Shown piece after piece: positions 33,741 through 43,637 of a stretch of 64,000 nt of DNA. Every line of letters begins with the position of its first letter. Position 1 is the stretch's first letter. The position numbers and the translations under genes were made by a program. Origin of the DNA: a virus; IMG/VR virus record IMGVR_UViG_3300029552_000001. One strand, 5' to 3'. The notes under the pieces are model-generated. The model saw only the letters and a program-made list of their open reading frames with translations, searched no databases and was not told the DNA's origin.

Positions 33741-34769
33741 TTAATCTTTTTTATTCTTTCTTTTTGACTCATCCCAATCCGATGAGTACCTGCATGTCCC
33801 TTGTTTGTGGATCGAGAAATCGCACCAAAAACACAAGGGCTTGGGGCGGGGTTCAAGGCAGGCCGGCTGGCGTCCCATGAGGTAGCGCTTCTCGTACTTA
33901 TACCCCTGTTTGGCGTCGTCCCAAACGTGAGCTTGATAGCTATCTATTTTATTTGTCTCGAAATCATACATATCAAGGAGAATATCGTTAAGCTCCTTGA
34001 CCGACCTCTCTACTTTCTCCTTATCTACCTTCACGTTCTGATTGTCCAGCATGCGGGTAAAGAAATAGCTGCACATATCCGGTAATACCTTGTACTTTCT
34101 CAGTATGTAGAAGGCGTATATCGGATGCTGGAGATTATGAAGCAGCTTGTCTTCATCGAATAACTTTCTCCCGGACTTCCAGTCTATCGTATACATGGCT
34201 ATCCTGTCCTTTGTCTTATACTCTCCACGCCAGTCCACCGATCCTATGATATGCACCTTATCGTACGTCACGCCATCCAAGGTAAGTGGCTTGGGTAGCT
34301 TATAGGGCAGGACGAAGCTCTCCTCCACGCCGGCCGGTCTCGACCCCCGGACCACCTTCTCCATTGGCGTAAGATCAGACCATGCCTTCTTATAATTGCC
34401 AGCAGCATCCTTCTCAAACAACCCCACAATCCATCTTATTAACCTAGCCGCATGTTGCATGGACTCGATCTGAGATTTTACGCTATCAAAAGGTATCTTC
34501 TCTATATCGGCGTAATAGTTAAATGCCTTACTCATGTCCTCATAAGAAGGTCTGCATCCGTTCTTGAAGAAATACTCCATCGTCTGGTGGATAACCGTAC
34601 CATATGACGTAGCCTCATGCTTCTCCGTGGATCTGTGACCCTCCACGTAAGTCTTATACCACTTATACGGACACTGGACAAACGTGTCTATCTGCGAGTA
34701 AGAAGCGGCGAGAACCTTCTCTCCATTTATTATCTTACACAAGAGATGTGTCTCCGGGATAGTCATCAT
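33741..34769 (-). CDS. PD-(D/E)XK nuclease, Cas4/RecB-like, with a four-Cys cluster
   Basis: 342 aa with VQCPYKWY (N-terminal Cys), GSVDWRG, TIDWKSG (DxK), QHPIYAFY (QxxxY) and C-terminal CFWCDFSIHKQGTC. Confidence 0.75.
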   Translation of the reverse strand: MMTIPETHLLCKIINGEKVLAASYSQIDTFVQCPYKWYKTYVEGHRSTEKHEATSYGTVIHQTMEYFFKNGCRPSYEDMSKAFNYYADIEKIPFDSVKSQIESMQHAARLIRWIVGLFEKDAAGNYKKAWSDLTPMEKVVRGSRPAGVEESFVLPYKLPKPLTLDGVTYDKVHIIGSVDWRGEYKTKDRIAMYTIDWKSGRKLFDEDKLLHNLQHPIYAFYILRKYKVLPDMCSYFFTRMLDNQNVKVDKEKVERSVKELNDILLDMYDFETNKIDSYQAHVWDDAKQGYKYEKRYLMGRQPACLEPRPKPLCFWCDFSIHKQGTCRYSSDWDESKRKNKKD

Positions 34770-35205
34770 CGAATATATTTAAATCAAGTGATGTTTCGTA
34801 TAAATCATATGCTATATTTTGAAGGTGATGGAATCCTTTGATATCAATTTTAACAACTGTGTTACCCCATAAACGTGTGATACTTAAAACGTAATCTTTT
34901 GTTATTGTCATATCCCCTTTATTGCGGTAATCATGATTATCATAATCGTTAAATCCAATCCAATCCAATATCCTCTCATTCAAGCTTATTGGATAAACAT
35001 CACATTCGGAAGTATACCACTTTATTGTGCTATTATCAATTCTGCGTTCGAGAATCAAACTCCCTTTGTCCTTATGCATACCGGTAATACATCCTATCCT
35101 CCATATATTACCATCCTTATCTTTCACAATATTGCCTATTCTTAACTCCTTAACTGAAATCATATTCTTCCTCCTCTTTATAATCGTCATCGCAATCATC
35201 AACAA
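34735..35205 (-). CDS. hypothetical protein
   Basis: 156-aa ORF. No motif recognised. Confidence 0.5.
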   Translation of the reverse strand: MLMIAMTIIKRRKNMISVKELRIGNIVKDKDGNIWRIGCITGMHKDKGSLILERRIDNSTIKWYTSECDVYPISLNERILDWIGFNDYDNHDYRNKGDMTITKDYVLSITRLWGNTVVKIDIKGFHHLQNIAYDLYETSLDLNIFDDDYPGDTSLV

Positions 35206-35250
35206 GAGGGGTCTCTAACCCCTCTTCCCAATCATCATATCCGAAATCCA

Positions 35251-35535
35251 TTATTTACCCTTAACCCAATCATACAACATATCCACAAAAATCCCTACAG
35301 TTAGTTCATCGACAGATTTATCGCCAAAGACATCATCCGATATCCTTATATCCATCTTTTCTTCAATCCCCATCAATACCTCTAATAAATCAAATGGATC
35401 CATAGCTAGATCAGATGACAAATTACTTTCTTCTCTTACATCGTCAATTACCTCTATATTATTAATGTAATTGAACTTATGCATTTTCTCGAATATCTCT
35501 TTCCTCGCTATCTTCAATATTTCATCTCTTTTCAT
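35251..35535 (-). CDS. acyl-carrier-protein-like protein with a degenerate attachment site (DPF instead of DSL)
   Basis: 94 aa. SSDLAMDPFDLLEVLMGIEEKMDIRISDD aligns with the ACP helix II region but has Pro at the phosphopantetheine Ser position. Confidence 0.55.
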   Translation of the reverse strand: MKRDEILKIARKEIFEKMHKFNYINNIEVIDDVREESNLSSDLAMDPFDLLEVLMGIEEKMDIRISDDVFGDKSVDELTVGIFVDMLYDWVKGK

Positions 35536-35806
35536 AATCCTCTAAATAATCATCCAACATATTTATAAGCTCTCCTACCGTCAATTCGTGATAAGGCTTG
35601 ACGCCAAGTGCCTCATCGGGTATACATTTACCCGTTTTCTTTTCCACTTCCATTATGACTTCTACAAAATCAAGGGAATCCATAGCCATATCCGTATCCA
35701 GCTTATCCTCGTTCATTATCTGAGCGGCATGATCAAGACCATTAAATTCACCCATCTTCTCGAATATCGCCTCCTTGACTACTTTTTCAACTTCTTTTCT
35801 TTCCAT
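35522..35806 (-). CDS. acyl carrier protein-like protein (canonical DSL)
   Basis: 94 aa. LDTDMAMDSLDFVEVIMEVEKKTGKCIPDEAL parallels E. coli AcpP [29 protein letters not shown]. Confidence 0.7.
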   Translation of the reverse strand: MERKEVEKVVKEAIFEKMGEFNGLDHAAQIMNEDKLDTDMAMDSLDFVEVIMEVEKKTGKCIPDEALGVKPYHELTVGELINMLDDYLEDYEKR

Positions 35807-35807
35807 A

Positions 35808-36506
35808 CTAAATCGACATTTTCAATCTTCTACCTAATTCTTTTTTTATATCCGATATCCTTTCGATATCCATCTTAACATCGCCCGTGATGGCGTATTC
35901 CTTATCCATTCTCTTGGGGGGATCCGGAAGCCGGCTTATGGCGAACAACCATGCCAGCTCCTTGTTCTTGTTCTCCCTAAGATACAAGTCAGACGTCATG
36001 CCATACATTTTTATGATCGTATCGAATAACGTTGATTCCGATAAACTCATATGCACGCTATACACATTTGATGGTTTCCAGATCAAGTTATCCAATCTCA
36101 TCGTATACTCACGTTTAAGATCTATGTGGGATATTACGGCCCTTACTATAGGTTCTTCCTTGAAGTTGGTGTTAGCCACAAACCAGATAAGCCTTTTTTC
36201 CACCTCCTTGATAGCTCCTGTATCCTTACCCGTATCGTTATATACCCCAACGATACGGTCCCGGATCCCCTCGACCTCCGGTGTCAGACCGGGTGTCTCT
36301 ATCAGCATCAGCAGCGATCCTCCCCTTGGCGTTATCTTCCACTTCCCATTCTTCTGAAGCTCAATATAACCAGATGCTTTATAACTATCTATTTTCTCCT
36401 TTGGAATGGTGTTAGCCATCTCTTCTTTTTGCCGGATCATCAAAAGATATCCAACATCAGACATCGTTAATCCTGATGTCATCATCTGTTCAAAATTTAT
36501 ATACAT
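35808..36506 (-). CDS. hypothetical protein (replication-module neighbour)
   Basis: 232-aa ORF. No motif recognised. Confidence 0.55.
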   Translation of the reverse strand: MYINFEQMMTSGLTMSDVGYLLMIRQKEEMANTIPKEKIDSYKASGYIELQKNGKWKITPRGGSLLMLIETPGLTPEVEGIRDRIVGVYNDTGKDTGAIKEVEKRLIWFVANTNFKEEPIVRAVISHIDLKREYTMRLDNLIWKPSNVYSVHMSLSESTLFDTIIKMYGMTSDLYLRENKNKELAWLFAISRLPDPPKRMDKEYAITGDVKMDIERISDIKKELGRRLKMSI

Positions 36507-36517
36507 ATGTAAATAAG

Positions 36518-36856
36518 TTAAAATATTGACCTAATCTTTCTGGCTACCCTCTCGACTATATCGGGATGATCATTTCCGTTATATATATCTATTAGCGTAT
36601 CTATTATATGTAACCTTATGTTTTTCTTTGATGAATGAAACCAAAAATCTCCATTTTTTCTGTTTACAGGTTTGAACATCTTCAGTTCTGGTATAAGATA
36701 ACACGCCACACATGATCTTTCAGCAAGTGATAATTCAACCGCTGTCCTTTCTATTGCTATGCATATAAACGCATAATTATCATTCTTTATTAGATTGTAA
36801 GCTCTTCTCAACACCCTAAGGGCGTCTGCTTTCGATAATCTCTTTCCCTTTTTCAT
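36518..36856 (-). CDS. hypothetical protein
   Basis: 112-aa ORF. No motif recognised. Confidence 0.5.
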   Translation of the reverse strand: MKKGKRLSKADALRVLRRAYNLIKNDNYAFICIAIERTAVELSLAERSCVACYLIPELKMFKPVNRKNGDFWFHSSKKNIRLHIIDTLIDIYNGNDHPDIVERVARKIRSIF

Positions 36857-37457
36857 ATTGTTTTACTGTATAAGATTCATTAGCCATACCAACCCTACCA
36901 ACTGATATAGATTGATTTATAGATTGGTTAAGATGCCCTACAACCGACATCTTAGCCCTAACCGTATTGGCGCATCTTAGAAGGATTCGATAATCCTCTA
37001 ACGCCCTCTCGTATCTTACGTCCACCCTAGCCCTTTTATCGGCGTCAGTCATGCTCTTGCATGTCCCGTCCTCCCTCAAACTTATAGCTATCTTATCCCG
37101 TATGATCCTGATATCATCCTCGGCTATCACCAGCTCGGCGTCAAGAACGCCCTTGTAAGAGCTAAGAAGATCCTCTACCGCCACTACCTCCCGCTTCAAG
37201 TTCTCCAATTCCAATACCATTGAGTTATCGTTCATTCTTTTATACTCCTGTACTTTATTGGATACCTCATCACAGATGCTCATGATCTCCTTCTCCCTGT
37301 CCCGGTTTATGATATACCTGATACTGTATTCGGCCATTTCCTTTAATGAGGATATGATCTCTCGTATGCCCATCTTGTTTTCGGTGGAGAAATTGGCTTT
37401 TAATAACATCTCCATCCCTTTTATGATGACAAGCAAAAAATTTTTTCTCAATCTCAT
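36816..37457 (-). CDS. hypothetical protein (helical)
   Basis: 213-aa ORF starting 3 nt after the helicase stop. No motif recognised. Confidence 0.55.
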   Translation of the reverse strand: MRLRKNFLLVIIKGMEMLLKANFSTENKMGIREIISSLKEMAEYSIRYIINRDREKEIMSICDEVSNKVQEYKRMNDNSMVLELENLKREVVAVEDLLSSYKGVLDAELVIAEDDIRIIRDKIAISLREDGTCKSMTDADKRARVDVRYERALEDYRILLRCANTVRAKMSVVGHLNQSINQSISVGRVGMANESYTVKQYEKGKEIIESRRP

Positions 37458-37459
37458 GC

Positions 37460-38602
37460 TTAATAAGGTGTTTCGTCATGTACTACATTGAAATCATCAC
37501 TGGGCGGTATATATTGTTGCTCCAACGGGATACTGGGAGGCGGGGGCGGTAGCGTCACCACAGTCGTGTCCGGCTTGCCGCTACCCACTGGGGCGTCCGA
37601 GCCTCCCGGTCTTTCTTGGCGCACCACCCCTCCATCAGGATAATATCGCTCATATCCTTTCATGATATCTACATGTATCGCATCAATCTCCTCTAATGAC
37701 CGTTGACGGACCTTTACGATATGATGGAACAATAATCCATCCACACGGAAGGATCGTCTTGACTCGCTCTTGAAACGTTCCAGATTAGGATACCATCCTT
37801 GCGGAAATTGCATGTATGAGGAGTACCCGTATCTTTTCGGTATATTTAACGCTACCATAGCCGTACATAACTGTCCCAATGTATCTGATTGATAAAAATC
37901 AGATTGCTTTGGCATATGATCCTTTGGATCCCGCCGTCCTTCGATATCACGATTGAGTTGGGATATTATAAGAAAGAAAATATTAGGAAAAGTTCTTTTA
38001 GCGATATTACACATGGTTATCAACGAGTCGATATTTCTTTTGGCGTCTCCTGAACCTTGTACTAGAGCCGTATGATCTATAGACACGAATACCATTTTCT
38101 TATCCTTGTTTATTGGCATATACTCATTCCATAGAAAGTTTTGAAGCTCATCTACGGTTGATGGTTTAGGGATGTATGTTATTCTGCTAGAGTTCTCTTC
38201 TCTAAGGCATCTCTGCATTTCTTTTACCTCATCTTCTGACATCTCGTTAAGGAGTATATCTTGTATGTCTTTCCCCATTTTTTTTGATAGTGAACGTAAC
38301 ATCAAATCTTCTGGGTTCATCTCAAACTCACATCTTAACCATACATAATCATCTGCCTGTGGATTGATATTGACATTCATCACATTGCTCATGATTTTTT
38401 GCGCCAGATAAGATTTGCCAACTCCGGGCCTAGCGCCTATAGCCACCGCATGTTGTGGGTAGAACCCGCCCAGTAACGCCTTGTCAAGATAAGCGTATCC
38501 AGTACGAGCCGGGAGAAGCTCTCCCGACTGATACTTTCTTATCCTCTCATAGGCATCCATGATAATCTCCTTGGATGACCTCCATATCCTATCCTCACTC
38601 AT
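37460..38602 (-). CDS. DnaB-like replicative helicase (RecA-fold C-terminal domain)
   Basis: 380 aa with YLDKALLGGF, GARPGVGKS (Walker A), VSIDHTALV (Walker B-like) and SQLNRDIEGRRDPKDHMPKQSDFYQSDTLGQ (DnaB H4-like). Pro-rich C-terminal tail. Confidence 0.85.
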   Translation of the reverse strand: MSEDRIWRSSKEIIMDAYERIRKYQSGELLPARTGYAYLDKALLGGFYPQHAVAIGARPGVGKSYLAQKIMSNVMNVNINPQADDYVWLRCEFEMNPEDLMLRSLSKKMGKDIQDILLNEMSEDEVKEMQRCLREENSSRITYIPKPSTVDELQNFLWNEYMPINKDKKMVFVSIDHTALVQGSGDAKRNIDSLITMCNIAKRTFPNIFFLIISQLNRDIEGRRDPKDHMPKQSDFYQSDTLGQLCTAMVALNIPKRYGYSSYMQFPQGWYPNLERFKSESRRSFRVDGLLFHHIVKVRQRSLEEIDAIHVDIMKGYERYYPDGGVVRQERPGGSDAPVGSGKPDTTVVTLPPPPPSIPLEQQYIPPSDDFNVVHDETPY

Positions 38603-38886
38603 CCTCTTGCGTTTCTATCGCCAGCCGTATCGGATTTAGATCCTCTGTTAGCTGATCTTGATTTATATTTTAACCCCTTAGCCGTATGGCATAGATCCTT
38701 CCCCTTCCGATAAGCCTTACCCTTTAGCTTATCGGTCTTGTAGTTCTTGCGACCCAACTCCCGTCTCTTGGCTTTCTGCTCAGGTCTGGCGTTGATCTTC
38801 TTATCCGTCTCAGCCTTCTTCTTTCTGGCTTCCGGATGTGTTCTGTAATATTCAGTCGATCTCCCCATCCTCGTCCTCCTCATCAT
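38599..38886 (-). CDS. highly basic small protein
   Basis: 95 aa, Lys/Arg-rich. Confidence 0.45.
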   Translation of the reverse strand: MMRRTRMGRSTEYYRTHPEARKKKAETDKKINARPEQKAKRRELGRKNYKTDKLKGKAYRKGKDLCHTAKGLKYKSRSANRGSKSDTAGDRNARG

Positions 38887-39157
38887 AATTATAATCCTCT
38901 ACGATAATATCCTCTCCATCTAAATATGAGGCTTTATCTCCGAGTCTGCTTCTCATGCTCTCGTAAGGATCATCCCCATCTTTTATTTCCCACACACATA
39001 AGTGCGGACCTATTATATCAATAAGCATGTTGGCCTTATCCTCGCTTATGCCTTTTTCTATCATCTTATCTCTGCATTTGTAAAAACCACATGTCTTGTT
39101 AAACACTGATCCTCCTACATAAAACCCTGTCTGTTTGTGAATGAAAATTACTTTCAT
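38852..39157 (-). CDS. hypothetical protein with an acidic C-terminal tail
   Basis: 101 aa ending in YNYDEEDEDGEID. Confidence 0.5.
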   Translation of the reverse strand: MKVIFIHKQTGFYVGGSVFNKTCGFYKCRDKMIEKGISEDKANMLIDIIGPHLCVWEIKDGDDPYESMRSRLGDKASYLDGEDIIVEDYNYDEEDEDGEID

Positions 39158-39180
39158 GTTCTGTCAATTTTTATTAATAA

Positions 39181-39726
39181 TTATTTTTTGTAATCACCGT
39201 AACTCATGTCAGCGTCACACACCACCAAGTCAGTTACCTTATCCACTACATGGAATAGATGCTCCGGACATCCGTGGCATGCGCTACCGCCTATCGCTAT
39301 CGCCTTATGCCTAGGGCAGTTATTCCCCCTCCCTCCATCATATATCTGTATCCGATTATCACTATATGTCTTGATATGTCTCATGATTTTAAGTAATGAT
39401 GGCAAAGACATCTTGTAAGGGGATATATGCTCCTCCGGTATCATAAGCTCACCGGATAGTTCTTTGTAAAGATCATGTCTATCATGTCCTGTTTTTATTA
39501 AGAATACGTTGATCTCGGTCATTACCATATCCATAGACCTAAGGAGATCCGGCTTGGCTAACCTACCTACAGGTTTACCCGTAGAATCGGATCTCATCCA
39601 AGCCCCACACTTCTCGCACCCAACTTGCTTTCCCTCCACCGTATTTATCATAGTGGATGGGGCCTTGCAATACGGGCATACGGATCCGTTTAACATAGCT
39701 TTCTGGGCTAAAGATAGCTCTCTCAT
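39181..39726 (-). CDS. zinc-finger-containing hypothetical protein
   Basis: 181 aa with CPYC...CEKCG and a later CPRH...CHGCPEH. Confidence 0.55.
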   Translation of the reverse strand: MRELSLAQKAMLNGSVCPYCKAPSTMINTVEGKQVGCEKCGAWMRSDSTGKPVGRLAKPDLLRSMDMVMTEINVFLIKTGHDRHDLYKELSGELMIPEEHISPYKMSLPSLLKIMRHIKTYSDNRIQIYDGGRGNNCPRHKAIAIGGSACHGCPEHLFHVVDKVTDLVVCDADMSYGDYKK

Positions 39727-40010
39727 GCCTTTTCTTGTATTTTGACATTAAATAGATCACAGAATCTATTAAAATTCCTGTTCTCTATTCTCATATCCTC
39801 CTCATACCTGTCAACTGATTTGATGAAATCATTATAACAGTCCTCGCACATCCATTGATTGATTACTGCTACATAATAGCCCACGGATGTAGGTCTGTTA
39901 CACATATCGCAAATACCTAAGCACCCATATCTGGTGAGCTTATCCATCATCTCCTGTCTTGTTATTTCAAGCACCTTGAATTTCTTGTAATTGTCAACTA
40001 CCTTTGCCAT
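39723..40010 (-). CDS. small Cys-containing hypothetical protein
   Basis: 95 aa with CDMCNRP...CEDC. Confidence 0.5.
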   Translation of the reverse strand: MAKVVDNYKKFKVLEITRQEMMDKLTRYGCLGICDMCNRPTSVGYYVAVINQWMCEDCYNDFIKSVDRYEEDMRIENRNFNRFCDLFNVKIQEKA

Positions 40011-40950
40011 TGTAAATTTGTTTAATAATAAAATAATCCGCTATATCCATTCCCTCATTTATATTGGGTTTTGATTCTAGAAAATTACTTATCTCTATAT
40101 TCATCCCCCTCATATCCTTGTCTACCTTCTTTCTCCATTCGTTGAAAGCGTCGCCCTTATCCGGGTACAGGACTATCCGCCTCCTACCCAATGTCTCTAT
40201 CATCTCCCTTTTCAGCATATGGATACCGCCACAGGCCATAAACAACCTACTAGGGTACACGATGTTACAGATAACAGCCGTCTTCTCTGACTCTACTATA
40301 TACACCGGAGCGTCATTGGGATAGAAGTTGATAAGAAACTCCCCGAACAGGCATTGCCTAAGCAGGTAATCCTGACCGTCCAGTATATGCACCCAACATA
40401 CATGATCCATGGGAACCTTTACCCTCTTCCCGTCAGGCCCGTAGTCCATTATCTTCCCGGTCCGCACTACCCAATTCTTATCCAGTTGCCAGAACACACA
40501 GCACTTACCCCAGTCCCCGAATCTCATCATCCCCACCTTATACAAGCTAAATGCCCTATTGGTATGATACGATCCGAAGATATTGGATAGATAATCCTGA
40601 AGATCGGATGTCTCGAAAGGATTAAGCGTCTCAAACATCTTGCTTACCGGAATGCAGTTGGCTATATCCGGATCCATAGGAGGTCTGTACCTCCTTAATA
40701 CTTTGTTTGAATCGGTAAAAAGATCATTGTTCCCAAGTTCGCTCCCTGTTGGATATTTAAAGTAACCACATTTATTTTTATGATCACACACCCCAAACTG
40801 CTCTCCAACGATCTGACCGGTGGTTACGTCCACGTACGGCGTAAAACACTTATCCTTGCCGCATTGCGGGCACGTCAGCTTCCTCCTTGGTTTGCTATGA
40901 TCCAGCTCATACCGATGAACGCTCTTATTGAACTCCCTAAATTCCATCAC
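39994..40950 (-). CDS. DNA primase (Zn-finger plus Toprim)
   Basis: 318 aa. N-terminal CPQCGKDKCF...CDHKNKCGY zinc finger. C-terminal IVESEKTAV ... LYPDKGD is Toprim-like (E ... DxD). Confidence 0.72.
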   Translation of the reverse strand: MMEFREFNKSVHRYELDHSKPRRKLTCPQCGKDKCFTPYVDVTTGQIVGEQFGVCDHKNKCGYFKYPTGSELGNNDLFTDSNKVLRRYRPPMDPDIANCIPVSKMFETLNPFETSDLQDYLSNIFGSYHTNRAFSLYKVGMMRFGDWGKCCVFWQLDKNWVVRTGKIMDYGPDGKRVKVPMDHVCWVHILDGQDYLLRQCLFGEFLINFYPNDAPVYIVESEKTAVICNIVYPSRLFMACGGIHMLKREMIETLGRRRIVLYPDKGDAFNEWRKKVDKDMRGMNIEISNFLESKPNINEGMDIADYFIIKQIYNGKGS

Positions 40951-42392
40951 CCTCTCCTCTCATTCATGACTCTATATATATAGTCCCTCAGCGGCTCTTT
41001 CCTTACCAACTTATTAACATCAAACTCGCCTTCTATATCTAAGGATCCGATTCTTGATGTAACCGTATAATTAGTTTTCTCGAACTTATACTTTCCTTGA
41101 AGATATACTACGGTAGCCATATTCAATATAGGGTTGTCGGTCTGTCTTTTCAGCTTATATTGGCTGGTCTTTGCAGTAGGATCACCCGGAGCGAAGTTAT
41201 ATATCTCCTCTATCTCCAATATCTTTCCGTAGTTCTCCAGTATCATTCTTCTATATAGCTCAAGCTGGAAAGCGTACTCGTCATAGAAATTGCCCTTCCT
41301 GTTTGATTTGAAGTCCAATATAGCGAATATCCTCCTGCATCTCTTTATCTTCTTTTTCTCCGTCTTAGGCTGACCTTTCTTGGCTCCCGTCTTATAGAAC
41401 TCTCCTGTCTCGACCTCTATCTCCACTGTCTCCGGCTCGCTATCCATCTCCACCACGGCGTCCACCGAAGAAGCTACCTTTAACCTGCTTGACCTCAACA
41501 TCTTCTCGATCAATACAGGTTTTACATGTCTTTCCTTGCAGAATATGGCAAATGATATTAGATCCTCTATTAGCTCATCAATGTTATCCACTAATATCCG
41601 CTCCATCCTATACTTGTCTATTCTTAGCTTGGCTTCCTTGACCACCTTCCTGATCCATGTCGGGATCAGCTTTATGTTAACCCCGGTCAGATACAACCCA
41701 AATAGATAATGCATGATAGTACCTAAGTCAGCCCTATAGTTAGCGTAATCATCAGGGTCCTTGCCCTTGAGTCTCATCTCATTCTTCCATTTCTCCAAGG
41801 CTCCGGACGTATCACAATACCCATTGGCGATATTGTTAGTGGCTCCATCGTATATGATAGGATACCCATCAACATCCATCTCATAATACACGCGTTTGCC
41901 GGCGACAGTCATTCTATATAACACAGGTGTCGGGATATCCTTTATCCATTCAGCGGCATAATACTGTTGCTCTGTCTCCAGATCATACTCAACCTCCATC
42001 TCCTCATTAGGCTCGTTTTTAGGCTCTTCAACAGGCTTTTCCTCCTCGACCATATCTTTCTTCGGGACCGTTGATAAAACGTCTAATATGCCAAAGAAAG
42101 CGGTAAATTTAGGATCTGTATGATATGATCTTAATACTGGTAATGATGATCGCCAATAATATGACGACGCATTCTCGTCCTTTATCTTGCCTAAAATCTT
42201 GCCTAAAGCCGAACATCCTATCTCTCCATCATCCGCAATAGCCACATTGTGTCTCTCGGATAAACGAACTTTCATCTCATCAAACAATTCTTGATCGCTT
42301 ATGACTTCTATGATCGTCCCATAACTATATACTGTGTCACTTATAGCCTTATATCCTAGGTCTAAAAGTAATCTTTGTTTTCTTCTATCCAT
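40947..42392 (-). CDS. probable second PD-(D/E)XK (RecB-like) nuclease
   Basis: 481 aa with GTIMHYLF, SVDAVVEMD, AILDFKSN (DxK) and FQLELYRR (QxxxY) in the canonical order. Confidence 0.5.
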   Translation of the reverse strand: MDRRKQRLLLDLGYKAISDTVYSYGTIIEVISDQELFDEMKVRLSERHNVAIADDGEIGCSALGKILGKIKDENASSYYWRSSLPVLRSYHTDPKFTAFFGILDVLSTVPKKDMVEEEKPVEEPKNEPNEEMEVEYDLETEQQYYAAEWIKDIPTPVLYRMTVAGKRVYYEMDVDGYPIIYDGATNNIANGYCDTSGALEKWKNEMRLKGKDPDDYANYRADLGTIMHYLFGLYLTGVNIKLIPTWIRKVVKEAKLRIDKYRMERILVDNIDELIEDLISFAIFCKERHVKPVLIEKMLRSSRLKVASSVDAVVEMDSEPETVEIEVETGEFYKTGAKKGQPKTEKKKIKRCRRIFAILDFKSNRKGNFYDEYAFQLELYRRMILENYGKILEIEEIYNFAPGDPTAKTSQYKLKRQTDNPILNMATVVYLQGKYKFEKTNYTVTSRIGSLDIEGEFDVNKLVRKEPLRDYIYRVMNERRG

Positions 42393-42862
42393 GATAATAA
42401 TCTGGTTTTTAATTTACCATCCTCCTCGACTTTAGGTGCGAGATCCCTCATCCGTCTGGCTGCCAACAGCCATACGTTGCCAAACTCGTCCAAGAGCCGG
42501 CTGAAATCCATCGTATCTAACAGATAATCGAATTTTGCATGCTCATCAACCGTCAAGTAGATAATGTTATCATTATCCTCGGCAACTGATTTATATTTCC
42601 GTTTAGGGTATAAGTGGCATATGTTGCTTACCCCCGGGCATGGTATGTATGCGCCGGTAGCAGATCTCCTTGTCATACTCAATCTAGCCACATGGGCGCC
42701 AAAGAAAACGGCTAGGTTCTTCCCCTTTGGCTTGGCCTTCACCCGTATCGCCGCCCTTTCCTTTGGCGGTAGCTCCTTGGCTCTGCACGCGGGACACAAC
42801 CCCTTACTCCTTATGGTTACCATCCTCCCACATCTCTCACACGGTAACATCCTACCTCTCAT
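42362..42862 (-). CDS. Zn-ribbon protein with a degenerate HNH-like segment
   Basis: 166 aa with CERCG...CPACR, then ICHLYPKRKYKSVAEDNDNIIYLTVDEH. Confidence 0.45.
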   Translation of the reverse strand: MRGRMLPCERCGRMVTIRSKGLCPACRAKELPPKERAAIRVKAKPKGKNLAVFFGAHVARLSMTRRSATGAYIPCPGVSNICHLYPKRKYKSVAEDNDNIIYLTVDEHAKFDYLLDTMDFSRLLDEFGNVWLLAARRMRDLAPKVEEDGKLKTRLLSWIEENKDYF

Positions 42863-43221
42863 GCCTTTTTCTTTTTATAACTTTTGTTGAACTCCATAAG
42901 GCTCATAGCCCTATACCTCTTAAGCCTATTAATCTTACCCTCAGTCCAATCTTGATCCTTGAAGTTGATGATCGTATCGAATATCTGAGCTAGTTCCCGG
43001 ATATTAAAACTCCTGTTTTGTATCTTCTTATAGAACCCCGATCTGCTATATCCTAATTTAGAAGCTAGATAAGTTTTGTTAGACAATGTGAGGATACGAT
43101 AAATCGTACCCTCCATTTTACTTATCTCCATCAACTTCTCGGCTATGGACGACGTGGTTTCGTAGCTAGCTTTACTGTCTACTATCCTCATTTTTCTCCG
43201 GATTCCTGATCTTACCATCAA
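42859..43221 (-). CDS. putative helix-turn-helix DNA-binding protein
   Basis: 120 aa. NKTYLASKLGYSRSGFYKKIQN is HTH-like. The start is uncertain because it overlaps the upstream gene. Confidence 0.45.
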   Translation of the reverse strand: MMVRSGIRRKMRIVDSKASYETTSSIAEKLMEISKMEGTIYRILTLSNKTYLASKLGYSRSGFYKKIQNRSFNIRELAQIFDTIINFKDQDWTEGKINRLKRYRAMSLMEFNKSYKKKKA

Positions 43222-43636
43222 ACTCGTAGAAGTCCATCAGTTTCTTCTCTTCCTTGATACAAGTGACAACGAAATCTGATATGGTTCCTTTCATGCCTTC
43301 CTCGAAATTCTTTTTGGCATGATCAAGGTCATTGGCCCGAACGATGTAGTTAAACGCCTTGCGTTTCTCATTGTTCGATTTCTCGTCTATCGTAATATAA
43401 TCAGCCGTGACCTTATAGAACCGGTCTCCATCCATGGCAAACAATTCCGCTATCCTGAATCGTTTGATATCAACGCTAAACTCACCGGATATGAATGGCT
43501 TCATCTCCTCTATGATTCTAGCCTCACATTCGGTATAAGAAAAGGCATCTACTAAATACTCTTCCTTTACCTTCTTCTTCATGCCGTTCTCGGCATCGGT
43601 CTCATAAGAAACCGTACATTTAAACCAATTGTGCAT
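43172..43636 (-). CDS. DUF4494-family protein (Bacteroidota-associated)
   Basis: 154 aa. MHNWFKCTVSYETDAENGMKKKVKEEYLVDAFSYTECEARIIEEMKPFISGEF closely follows the recalled DUF4494 pattern. Confidence 0.7.
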   Translation of the reverse strand: MHNWFKCTVSYETDAENGMKKKVKEEYLVDAFSYTECEARIIEEMKPFISGEFSVDIKRFRIAELFAMDGDRFYKVTADYITIDEKSNNEKRKAFNYIVRANDLDHAKKNFEEGMKGTISDFVVTCIKEEKKLMDFYEFDGKIRNPEKNEDSRQ

Positions 43637-43637
43637 T

